64,000 nt of DNA from an uncultured Bifidobacterium sp. (GTDB taxonomy: Bacteria > Verrucomicrobiota > Verrucomicrobiia > Limisphaerales > JADLHS01), in the NCBI GenBank assembly GCA_964553795.1, contig CAZKMR010000010.1, positions 267 to 64,266 of the forward strand. The letters run 5' to 3'. The position numbers were made by a program, and so were the translations under genes. This document shows positions 43,081 to 51,888 of the stretch, piece after piece (within the stretch, counting starts at the first letter, position 1; each line of letters opens with the position of its first letter). Under the pieces are notes generated by a model. It had not been told where the DNA came from. It ran no database searches and saw nothing but the letters and a program-made list of their open reading frames with translations.

Positions 43081-44388
43081 ATGAATGCTGAAACTCAATC
43101 CCCCTCTTCGAATGCTGCCGTGCCGCGAATTAAGATCATCGGCGTCGGCACGGCGGGCACGCTGATGGTGGACCAGTTGGCGCGCGAAGAATTCGCCACC
43201 GCTGAATTTGCCTTCATCAACACGGACGCCACCGCGCCGTCGGTGCCGACGCGGCATCTGCTGCTGGAGTCGAAAACTCTGCGCGGGCTCGGGACTGGCG
43301 GTGATCCCGAACGCGGTCGGATGCTGGCCGAAGAACATTTCCCGGCAGTGAAATCACTTTGCAGCGAAACCGAAGTGGTTTTCCTGGTCAGCGGTCTGGG
43401 CAGTGGCGCGGGTTCGGGAGTGACGCCCGTGGTGGCGCGCGCGGCGCGCGAAGCGGGGGCGTTGGTGTTGGCGTTTGTCACGTTGCCGTTTGACTGCGAG
43501 GGAAACCGCCGGCAACAACAGGCGCGCCATGCGTTGGAACAACTCCGCGTTGCCTGTGATGGCGTGATTTGCCTGCCGAACCAAAAAGCGTTCGCATTGC
43601 TGGCGGCCGACAGTAGTTTTCGCGACGCGTTTCGCACGACGGGCCGGCTGCTGACCGAAGGCTTGCGCGGCGTCTGGCGGTTATTGCGATTTCGCGGTTT
43701 GATTGAGGTTCATTTCCCGGACTTGTGCGCGGTGTTGCGGGAGCGGCATGCCGAGAGCGCGTTTGCCACGTTTGAAGCCGCCGGTCCAAATCGAGCAACG
43801 GAAGTTTTGGCGGCATTGCCGTCGCATCCGTTGCTGGATGGCGGGGAAGCGTTGAACGGTGCGGCCAACCTATTGGTGAGTATTTGCGGCGGGCCAGACC
43901 TCACGATGACGGAGGTGAACCGCTTGATGGCTGAGATCAACAACCGTTGCGGCAACGCGCGAATTATCATGGGCGGCGCCGTGGATGAACAATTCGGCGA
44001 CCGGCTTTCGGTGACGATCATCGCCACGAAAGCGCGTCCGGCGGAATTGCCCGCCGCGCCGGATGCCAACGCGCCGGCCAGTCCCGATGCCGTAACCCCG
44101 CCGGAATTCAGCACGGAACTGTTGCATCCGAGTGAAACGGAACGCCCCAAAACGCGGTTCGTGCCGCCGGCGCCCACGCTGACGGCCACACAGCGCGAAG
44201 AGATTATCACCAAGCAAACGGGCAAATCCGTCCGGGCACGCAAAGGCGTCGGGCCGCGCATGCGGCAAACCACGTTGCCGTTGGATATTGTGAACAAGGG
44301 TCGCTTTGACAAGAGCGAGCCGACGATCCACAAGGGGGAGGACCTCGACTTGCCGACTTACATTCGGCGTGGCGTTTCGCTGAATTGA
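43081..44388 (+). CDS. ftsZ: FtsZ homologue with non-canonical nucleotide-binding motifs
   Basis: Internal ATG of track ORF 42832..44388 (MNAETQ...). IKIIGVGTAGTLMV, NTDATAP, GLGTGGDPERG, VSGLGSGAGSGVTPVVA and LPFDCEGNRR are collinear with FtsZ. A C-terminal DLDLPTYIRRG peptide resembles the conserved FtsA-binding tail. Confidence 0.85.
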   Translation: MNAETQSPSSNAAVPRIKIIGVGTAGTLMVDQLAREEFATAEFAFINTDATAPSVPTRHLLLESKTLRGLGTGGDPERGRMLAEEHFPAVKSLCSETEVVFLVSGLGSGAGSGVTPVVARAAREAGALVLAFVTLPFDCEGNRRQQQARHALEQLRVACDGVICLPNQKAFALLAADSSFRDAFRTTGRLLTEGLRGVWRLLRFRGLIEVHFPDLCAVLRERHAESAFATFEAAGPNRATEVLAALPSHPLLDGGEALNGAANLLVSICGGPDLTMTEVNRLMAEINNRCGNARIIMGGAVDEQFGDRLSVTIIATKARPAELPAAPDANAPASPDAVTPPEFSTELLHPSETERPKTRFVPPAPTLTATQREEIITKQTGKSVRARKGVGPRMRQTTLPLDIVNKGRFDKSEPTIHKGEDLDLPTYIRRGVSLN

Positions 44389-44625
44389 CCGGGATAGAGT
44401 TGCCTTCAGAAAGAAATCTTTGGATCAGACTGCGGCGGCGGCGCGCTTCGACCAGGCGATGCGTGCGCTTCGGAACGGCGTTTCAGATCGAGGTAAACAA
44501 TTTCCCCCGCTCACATTCGTAATATCCCGGATGGCTTGAGGGCGGGCGGCGAATGAATTTCGAAGGCGTGGCCGCAACGGAAATTTTGTTGGAAAAAGTG
44601 CGGCAGGGTAGGGCAGATTAGAGGC

Positions 44626-46383
44626 ATGGCCGATAGCAGTGATACCGTCATTCTCAGCAAGCCGGTGGTCTCTCTCGATGAGGTGCAGCGCGATTGGATG
44701 GATTTGAAGTCGCGGGTTGGGCAACTGGAGGGCGAACGCGCGGTGTTGGAACAGGAAAACAAAACGCTACGCACGTTGTTGGAACGCGTGGTGGAACATC
44801 GGCAACGCTCGCACGGAGAACTGGTGCATCTGCTCACGAATCTGGTCAGCAAACTGCCCATCAACGACGTCGGCGTGGTGGTCTCAAAGCTGGTCGAGCA
44901 CAACAGCAACGTTGCCGAAGTGTGCGCGGCGCTGTCCAAAGGCACGGTGGATGCCGCGCTGCCGCAACCGACGGTGCTCAAGAATCTCGAGCAATCCAAG
45001 CGCGACTTGCTGGCCGCCATCAAGCCGGCTGTGGACGAGTTGCTCCAATCCGATCCGCCGCTGGAAACGGCCATGATAAAAAAGCTCGCGGAGGATCCGG
45101 AGACGTTCTTTTCACCCGTCGTGGTGCGGGCCACGCGTTGTTTCATCAAAGGGCAGGTGACGCGGGAACGGATTGTGCGCGATTTCGGCGAGGAAGCGCT
45201 GGCATTTTTCAATGACCTGACGACTGATCCCAAGCTTAATCCGCGTCCCAAGCCGGAGGAAATCGTATTGGCGTTCAAGCCCGACTTCGAAACGTTGTTG
45301 CAGCAGAACACGGCGTTGGCCGGTAACAAACGCCAGGAGTTGAGCGCACTGTTCCAACGTGTCCAGAAGGGGCGTGCGAACACCGACGCGGCGCGCGCGC
45401 AAAAGAATGCGTTTCTCCGCATGTCCTTTCTCATCGAGCTGTGGCACTACTACGAGAACCAGGCCACGGAAGCGCCGGACGTGGTCTTTGCGCTGCGCTT
45501 GCCGGGTCTGCTGGAGCAACTGGTCCTCACGCCCGGTCAGGAGCAATTGGAGGAAAAATGGATTCGCCAGGCGGAAAGTCTGTTGGAATTCATCATCAAT
45601 CCCGATCAGCGCTTGATGACCATCAACAACGTGGGGAAAGCCGGCGGACCGGCGCGCTTGCTGAAGTTCGTGTTGCGTCTGCGCGCGGACAGATTGCCGG
45701 ACGAAAACGAAGTCGTGCACGAATTTGTGCGGGCGTTGATTCCGGCTGCGCCACAGACGCCGCCGGAAGCCAAGGAAGTGGCGCAGTTGTTACGGTTGCT
45801 GCCCGACGCTTCCCGGCAAAAACTGGTCGTGCGCGGTGTCATGGCTTCGGATCGGATGAAACGCGTGGATGCCGAATTGCTCGGGCGCGCCATCGGGACG
45901 GAACTCAAGTTGAAAGGTCTCGACGAAGAAACGCGCGTGCAAGCGACGTTGTCGCCGGAAGTGGAGCGGCAACTGGCGTGGGACAAGGTGAAGGAGTTGA
46001 TTACGCGGCGCGCGGATCCGGCGCAGATTGCGACCGCGATTCGGGACCGGTTGCATGCCAAGTATGATGGCGACGAAATGCGCCAGAGTTGGCTGACCCT
46101 GAACGAAACCGAGCCGATTTCGCTGATTCGCGTGTTTTGTCAGTTGCCGTATCTGGCGGATGGGCGAACCGACCCGATTGCCCGCGCGGTGTTGGAAAGT
46201 TACGTAACGCGGCTGACGCACGAAAAGTACGCGGCGACGTACGTCAAAGTGATCACCAGTTTGAAGAACATGTTCAAGGCCAAGCCGGACAGTCCGATCC
46301 TGCTCAACTTCATGGCGCTCGTGAAATGGGTGGACGCGGATGCCGCCAAGAAGATGAGCGCCGACGTCGGGTTGCCGGCCTGA
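44626..46383 (+). CDS. Hypothetical all-helical protein (N-terminal coiled coil) downstream of ftsZ
   Basis: 585-aa ORF with coherent composition. The overlapping minus-strand ORFs are Arg/Ser-rich shadows. N-terminal heptad region DLKSRVGQLEGERAVLEQENKTLRTLLERV. I recognise no family. Confidence 0.6.
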   Translation: MADSSDTVILSKPVVSLDEVQRDWMDLKSRVGQLEGERAVLEQENKTLRTLLERVVEHRQRSHGELVHLLTNLVSKLPINDVGVVVSKLVEHNSNVAEVCAALSKGTVDAALPQPTVLKNLEQSKRDLLAAIKPAVDELLQSDPPLETAMIKKLAEDPETFFSPVVVRATRCFIKGQVTRERIVRDFGEEALAFFNDLTTDPKLNPRPKPEEIVLAFKPDFETLLQQNTALAGNKRQELSALFQRVQKGRANTDAARAQKNAFLRMSFLIELWHYYENQATEAPDVVFALRLPGLLEQLVLTPGQEQLEEKWIRQAESLLEFIINPDQRLMTINNVGKAGGPARLLKFVLRLRADRLPDENEVVHEFVRALIPAAPQTPPEAKEVAQLLRLLPDASRQKLVVRGVMASDRMKRVDAELLGRAIGTELKLKGLDEETRVQATLSPEVERQLAWDKVKELITRRADPAQIATAIRDRLHAKYDGDEMRQSWLTLNETEPISLIRVFCQLPYLADGRTDPIARAVLESYVTRLTHEKYAATYVKVITSLKNMFKAKPDSPILLNFMALVKWVDADAAKKMSADVGLPA

Positions 46384-46476
46384 CGGGGAGGCTCGTTTGC
46401 GGTTTATCATCGGCGGTCGGGATACTGCTCCCGACGCGCCGTGGCTCCCGCGCTCAGAATTTCCGATATCGCAAAC

Positions 46477-46734
46477 TCAACGTCCGTTCGTGCTCGATAC
46501 CGGCGGATGGGTGATCAGGTGGTAGATGTAATCCTTGAGTTTGGCCCGGCGCATCTTGCGTTCATCAATTTCCTGATCGGTGGCGAAGTCGATTTCTTCT
46601 TCAATGCGGTAAATTTCGTCGTCCAGCCGGTGATATTCGTCGTAGAGGTTGCGGAAGTGGGTGTCGCCTTGCAGGCGTTTGATGGTGTCGCGATGTGCCG
46701 GGAATTCACGCAAGATAGGATGATGTAGGTCCAT
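46477..46734 (-). CDS. DUF465 (YdcH-like) family protein
   Basis: 85 aa. HPILREFPAHRDTIKRLQGDTHFRNLYDEYHRLDDEIYRIEE...KMRRAKLKDYIYHLI follows the DUF465 pattern. Confidence 0.8.
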   Translation of the reverse strand: MDLHHPILREFPAHRDTIKRLQGDTHFRNLYDEYHRLDDEIYRIEEEIDFATDQEIDERKMRRAKLKDYIYHLITHPPVSSTNGR

Positions 46735-46854
46735 GGGAGGATCTCCTGGTTGAGGTTTGCGGGCTGATGACCATGGTTGTCACGATGATAACTCTGGTTC
46801 GCCCCCAATTAACTCCCGATAGCGCGCGAGCGCTAGTCTGATTTTGCCGGAATT

Positions 46855-49311
46855 TTACCGGCGTTTGGCAGGCGGCGGCGGAATGTATTCCAATCCAACG
46901 ATGCAAACGTCGTCTTCAAACTCGTTTTTGGTGGCGAACTCGCTGGTTTCCTTCAGTAACGCGTCGAACAATTCTTCCTTGGCCAAAGGCAAATGCTTTT
47001 GGGCCGCTGCAACCAGCATGTCCCGGGTGTACAACGTCTGGTCTGGCGCATGAACTTCGTAGAGGCCATCAGTGAACAACATGACGAGGTCGCGAGGAGC
47101 AAGTTTGATTTCGGACGTCTGGTATTTGAAGTTTTCAAACAGGCCCAGCGCCGCCTGGCTTTTCGCGCCGTTATGATTCTTGATTTCCTCGACGGCGCTG
47201 GATTCGCGGCGCAGCAGAAAGGGTTTGGGGTGACCGGCGTTCACGTAACGCATCTGGCCGGTGGCGGAATGGACGACCAGGAAAAACGCCGTGGTCAGGA
47301 CGGGCGAGCCGCCGGGCTTGAGAATGGCGAACAACTCCGCATTGAGTTCTGTCATGAATTGTCCGGGGTTGTGCGCCACGGGCCGGAGATTTTCCACGAG
47401 CGCCCGAATCATTGTGGTTATCAGCGCGGAACGCACGCCGTGCCCCGCGACATCGCAGAGAAACACCCCCACTTCCTGATCTGAAATGGGCGTGATGCTG
47501 AAAAAATCGCCGCCCACCGTGCCGCTGGGGATATACCGGTGCGTGAAACGAAAGACACTGTCTTCGTCCGACACGCCGCGCGGCAACACCGGGTATTGCT
47601 GGGGCAACATCGCCAGTTGGATTTCCCGCGCGGTCTTGAGGTCGTTTTCCATTTGCAGGTTTTTCTCCCGCAACTGTTCCTCGCTGGCCGCGAGTTTGTC
47701 CTTGGCTTCGCTGATGCGTTTCTCGGCGAGCTTGATGTCGGTGATGTCCCAGAACATGCCCTGCAAACCGGTCACGGTGCCGTTGGCATCAATGATGGGG
47801 ATTTTCAGCACCTGAATGTATTGCGCGTCCGAACCGGGGAATTTGCTCTCCTCGATCAGCGTCACCGGTTTGCGCGAACGCATCACGCGTTCGTCATCCG
47901 CCTGGCGCAGTTTGGCCGCGTCCGGTGGCAGAAAGTCGAAGATGGTTTTTCCGATGACTGCTTCCGGCGAGCGGGCGATGAACCGGCAAAATTCTTTGTT
48001 GGCGAACGTGTAGCGGCCCTCGAGGTCCTTGCGGAAAATGCACTGCGGCATCGTGTCCACCAGCGAGTGATACAGTGCCTCGGAAATCCGTAGATTTTCC
48101 TGCGCTTCGCGAATGCGTTCCTCCGCGAGCTTCTGTTCGGTGATGTCCCAAAAAATTCCCTGCAATCCGGTGACCGTGCCGTCTTTGCCATACAACGGCG
48201 TTTTGACCACCTGCACATAACTTTTCTTTTGGCCGATCGGTTGGTGCTCTTCGACAATTTCGTATGATTGACCGGTGACCATCACGCGGTGGTCGTCGGC
48301 TTGATATTTCCTGGCCAGCTCGACCGGGAAGAAATCGAAATCCGTTTTGCCGAGAATTTCTTCGAGGGCCAAACCCGCGTGCCGACAATATTGTTGATTG
48401 GCAAAAGTGAAACGCCCCTGCAAATCCTTGCGGAACACATTTTGCGGCATCGTTTCCACCAGCGAGTGATACAAGGCTTCGGACTCCGCCACACTTTCCT
48501 GCGCCTGGCGTCGCGCTGTGATGTCTTCCACCGTGCCTTCGTAATGCATCAATCGGCCCTTGGCATCGCGGATGGCGCGACAGTTTTCCGAAATCCAGAT
48601 GATGCTGCCGTCCTTGCGGAAAATCTGCGATTCAAACCCGGTGATCGTATCGTGTTCGTCCATGATACGCCGGAATTCCTCGCGCCGTCCGGGTTGCACA
48701 TAAAGACTCTCCCCGATGTCCGTCACGCTCTGCAATAAATCCTCCGGCGAGCTGTAACCGTAAATCCGCGCCAGCGCCATGTTCGCCAGCAAATATCGGC
48801 CGTCCGGCGTGCTTTGAAAAATTCCCTCCACCAGATGATCGAAGATGTTGTGATACTTTTCCTCCTGGGCGATCAAGGCGACTTCGGCTTCGTGTCGCTC
48901 AATGGTGTAACGAATCGAACGCAGCAACCAACTCGGGTTCAGCTGGCTTTTGACAATGTAATCCTGTGCCCCCGCATGCACGGCCTCCACGGCAATCGCT
49001 TCATCATCTGCCGCGCCCAGCACGATGATTGGCGTATGCGGCGCGGCTTCCTGCAAGACCACGATGTTGGCCAGCCCGGCGCCGTCCGGCATGAAAAACT
49101 CCAACAAAATGACGCCGAATTCCTCGCGGCTCATGAGGTCCAGCGCTTTGGCGAGCGAAGGCGCGACGACCACGGCCCCAAGCGTCTCGCGTGCCTGATG
49201 CAGAATTCCGGTCACCATCCGCGCAAACGCTTCGTCGTGCTCGATTAACAGAATTCGCAACGACTGTCGTCGCGACACCTGTGCCGTATCGTGAATATTG
49301 CGTCCCAACAT
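46855..49311 (-). CDS. Response-regulator receiver + multiple PAS domains + PP2C/SpoIIE-type serine phosphatase (RsbU-like)
   Basis: 818 aa. REC domain ILLIEHDEAF...ILLEFFMPDG. At least three PAS repeats, each with recurring ALYHSLVETMPQNVFRKDL / ALYHSLVDTMPQCIFRKDL blocks. SpoIIE core VGGDFFSITPISDQEVGVFLCDVAGHGVRSAL ... LFTDGLYE. Confidence 0.9.
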   Translation of the reverse strand: MLGRNIHDTAQVSRRQSLRILLIEHDEAFARMVTGILHQARETLGAVVVAPSLAKALDLMSREEFGVILLEFFMPDGAGLANIVVLQEAAPHTPIIVLGAADDEAIAVEAVHAGAQDYIVKSQLNPSWLLRSIRYTIERHEAEVALIAQEEKYHNIFDHLVEGIFQSTPDGRYLLANMALARIYGYSSPEDLLQSVTDIGESLYVQPGRREEFRRIMDEHDTITGFESQIFRKDGSIIWISENCRAIRDAKGRLMHYEGTVEDITARRQAQESVAESEALYHSLVETMPQNVFRKDLQGRFTFANQQYCRHAGLALEEILGKTDFDFFPVELARKYQADDHRVMVTGQSYEIVEEHQPIGQKKSYVQVVKTPLYGKDGTVTGLQGIFWDITEQKLAEERIREAQENLRISEALYHSLVDTMPQCIFRKDLEGRYTFANKEFCRFIARSPEAVIGKTIFDFLPPDAAKLRQADDERVMRSRKPVTLIEESKFPGSDAQYIQVLKIPIIDANGTVTGLQGMFWDITDIKLAEKRISEAKDKLAASEEQLREKNLQMENDLKTAREIQLAMLPQQYPVLPRGVSDEDSVFRFTHRYIPSGTVGGDFFSITPISDQEVGVFLCDVAGHGVRSALITTMIRALVENLRPVAHNPGQFMTELNAELFAILKPGGSPVLTTAFFLVVHSATGQMRYVNAGHPKPFLLRRESSAVEEIKNHNGAKSQAALGLFENFKYQTSEIKLAPRDLVMLFTDGLYEVHAPDQTLYTRDMLVAAAQKHLPLAKEELFDALLKETSEFATKNEFEDDVCIVGLEYIPPPPAKRR

Positions 49312-49489
49312 AACGACTCAACGATTGATCCGTTTCGTCAATAAATGACAGGCGCAGGACGCCGCGGCAAGCGGATTGGCGGCCGCTGTTGATCTTAAAC
49401 GTCTGTTTCTTGAACTTCCTGCCTCCTCCCTCGAAAGTCTCCTTTCCAGCGCGCCCGGTTTCTGCCTAGACTTTTGGCCACTCTGCATC

Positions 49490-50845
49490 ATGCCGAGCGT
49501 TTACATCAAAACTTACGGTTGCCAGATGAACGAGCGCGACAGCGAAGCCGTCGCCGCGCAACTCGTTGCGAAAGGTTACACCATTGCCGCGTCGGAATAC
49601 GTCGCGGATGTCGTGCTGCTCAACACGTGCAGCGTGCGCGACAACGCCGAGCAAAAGGCCATCAACAAGATGGAGAATCTCGCTGCCGACATCCGTAAGA
49701 ATCGGCCGAATGTCGTGCTCGGTTTCATGGGTTGTATGGCGCAAAGCCGGGGCAAGGAGTTGATTGATCGTTTGCCCGACGTGGATCTCGTGGTCGGCAC
49801 GCAGAAATTTCATCGCACGGTGGATTACCTCGACGAAATTCTTCAGGGTAAACGCGACAAGATCGTGGACACGGCGGAAGAGCAGGGGAGCGAGGCGACG
49901 ATCAAGGAACATCTTCTGAACGGCACGGCCAAAGATAAATCTGTCGCTGCCTTCGTCAGCATCATGCAGGGCTGCAATCAATATTGCACGTTTTGCATCG
50001 TGCCCTATACGCGCGGCGAAGAACGCAGCCGCACCATCCCTGACATTGTGACTGAATGCCGGCAACTGGTCGCGCAAGGTGTGCGGGAAATCACCTTGCT
50101 CGGCCAGATCGTGACGAGCTATGGCAAGCGGGAGATTCCAAAGCGCGACGACAAATCCGCCTTCGTCCAACTCATCGAAGCCGTGCACGAGATCGATGGT
50201 CTCGAACGCATCCGTTTCACCTCGCCGCATCCGAAAGGATATGGCGATGACTTGGTGGAAGCTTACGGTCGTTTGCCAAAACTGGTCGAGAGCGCGCATC
50301 TGCCCGTGCAAAGCGGCAGTGACCGCATTTTGAAACTGATGCACCGCGGCTACACGCGCGAACGTTTCCTGGAAATTATTCGCAAACTCCGGGCGGTGCG
50401 ACCGGGCATCGGCCTTACCACCGATATCATTGTGGGTTTCCCCGGCGAGACGGAGGACGATTTTGAACTCACGCTGTCGCTCTGTCGCGAGATCGAATTC
50501 GACAACGCTTTTCTCTTCAAGTATTCGCCGCGGAAAGACACGCCCGCCGCCGCGATGCCGGATCAATTGCCGGAAGCATTGATTGAGGAACGTCACGCGC
50601 GGTTGCTGGAGCTCGTGAACCGCATCGGAAAGCGCAAGTACGACACTTACGTCGGACAACAGGTGCAAATTCTGGTCGAAGGTCCCAGCCGGAAGAACGA
50701 AGCCCGCATGATGGGCCGCACTCCTTGCAACAAACTCGTGTTGTTCGACGGCAGCGAGCGACATCGCGGTCAACTCATGGATGTTCGCATCACCCGCACT
50801 GGCAGCTTCACGCTTTACGGCGATCCGGCAATCGTCGGATTTTGA
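49490..50845 (+). CDS. miaB: tRNA-2-methylthio-N6-dimethylallyladenosine synthase
   Basis: Internal ATG of track ORF 49376..50845 (MPSVYIKTYGCQMNERDSE). Radical-SAM cluster motif CNQYCTFCIVPYTRG and a C-terminal TRAM domain. Confidence 0.9.
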   Translation: MPSVYIKTYGCQMNERDSEAVAAQLVAKGYTIAASEYVADVVLLNTCSVRDNAEQKAINKMENLAADIRKNRPNVVLGFMGCMAQSRGKELIDRLPDVDLVVGTQKFHRTVDYLDEILQGKRDKIVDTAEEQGSEATIKEHLLNGTAKDKSVAAFVSIMQGCNQYCTFCIVPYTRGEERSRTIPDIVTECRQLVAQGVREITLLGQIVTSYGKREIPKRDDKSAFVQLIEAVHEIDGLERIRFTSPHPKGYGDDLVEAYGRLPKLVESAHLPVQSGSDRILKLMHRGYTRERFLEIIRKLRAVRPGIGLTTDIIVGFPGETEDDFELTLSLCREIEFDNAFLFKYSPRKDTPAAAMPDQLPEALIEERHARLLELVNRIGKRKYDTYVGQQVQILVEGPSRKNEARMMGRTPCNKLVLFDGSERHRGQLMDVRITRTGSFTLYGDPAIVGF

Positions 50846-51298
50846 TTTCCCGCCGCGGAAAAAATCGTTGTGCGATTCACTCTCGGTTTTCGTAGTTTGC
50901 TTCGCCAGTTGTCCCACTTGCAGGACTCTCGCGCGAGCTTTGGCGCCATCCCTACGGGCACGAATAAAAAATTAGACAAAAATTCTAAATCTCCTTGTTT
51001 GTGCTCCGGTGTTTAGTTGCAAATAGTTAATTAAAAGACACTAATGAGTTTATTGGCCTGCTGCTGTTTTGTTTCCTTAAAAGTTAGACAGAAATTTGAC
51101 ATGTGTTCAAAACCGAAACAACTTCGGCGTAAGTTCGGCCGCCTTTTTGTGGTGAGTCGAGCGAAACCTATGAGTCTCCAAAGTCAACTGTCGGGAACTG
51201 GACGGGAGCGTAGTCGCTTCAAGCGAGACGCTAGTGCAATGTCCCGGTCGGGTTGGTGGTGGTTCATGGAACAACAAACAAGCACAACCGAAAATAGC

Positions 51299-51796
51299 AT
51301 GAAGACATTTCGTAACCTCACACTCGCAGCACTGGCGTTGGCCGCAACTTCGTTGCCGTTGGCGCAAGCTTATGACAAACCCGCTCCAAAAGGTGACATC
51401 GTCGCGGTGGCATCCAGCGCAGGAAGCTTCAATACCCTGGTCGCCGCTGTGAAGGCGGCTGGTTTAGTGGAAACGTTGCAAGGACCAGGGCCGTTCACGG
51501 TGTTCGCTCCGACCGATGAAGCGTTCGCCAAACTTCCGAAAGGCACGGTGGAAGATCTGCTCAAACCCGAGAACAAAGAAAAACTCGTGGCGATCCTGAC
51601 TTACCACGTCGTGCCAGGCAAAGTTACGGCTGCCGACGTCAAAACGATGAAAGCCAAGACGGTCAACGGCAAAGAGCTCAACCTCAAGGTTGCGGACGGC
51701 AAGGTGTCAGTGGACAACGCCACTGTGGTAAAAGCCGATGTAATGGCCAAGAACGGGGTCATTCACGTCATTGATCACGTCGTTCTGCCACAATAA
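51299..51796 (+). CDS. Secreted single-FAS1 (fasciclin) domain protein
   Basis: Internal ATG of track ORF 51044..51796. Signal peptide [27 protein letters not shown]1 blocks [25 protein letters not shown] and [13 protein letters not shown]. Confidence 0.85.
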   Translation: MKTFRNLTLAALALAATSLPLAQAYDKPAPKGDIVAVASSAGSFNTLVAAVKAAGLVETLQGPGPFTVFAPTDEAFAKLPKGTVEDLLKPENKEKLVAILTYHVVPGKVTAADVKTMKAKTVNGKELNLKVADGKVSVDNATVVKADVMAKNGVIHVIDHVVLPQ

Positions 51797-51808
51797 TCAC
51801 CCGTCATC

Positions 51809-51846
51809 CCCGGTGCGCCAGGACCACCGGATTTCGGCGCACCGGG
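51809..51846 (+). terminator. Strong hairpin between the two fasciclin genes (no U-tract)
   Basis: CCCGGTGCGCC (51809-51819) pairs perfectly with GGCGCACCGGG (51836-51846) across a 16-nt loop. It is followed by ACAAAACAGG rather than a T-run. Confidence 0.35.
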
Positions 51847-51888
51847 ACAAAACAGGATCACACCCCATCCTTTAATTGTTTAATTGTT

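Noticed and set aside
49466-50917. 483-aa minus-strand ORF
   Set aside because: It is antisense to miaB, which has the radical-SAM CxxxCxxC motif and a TRAM domain. It is a shadow ORF.
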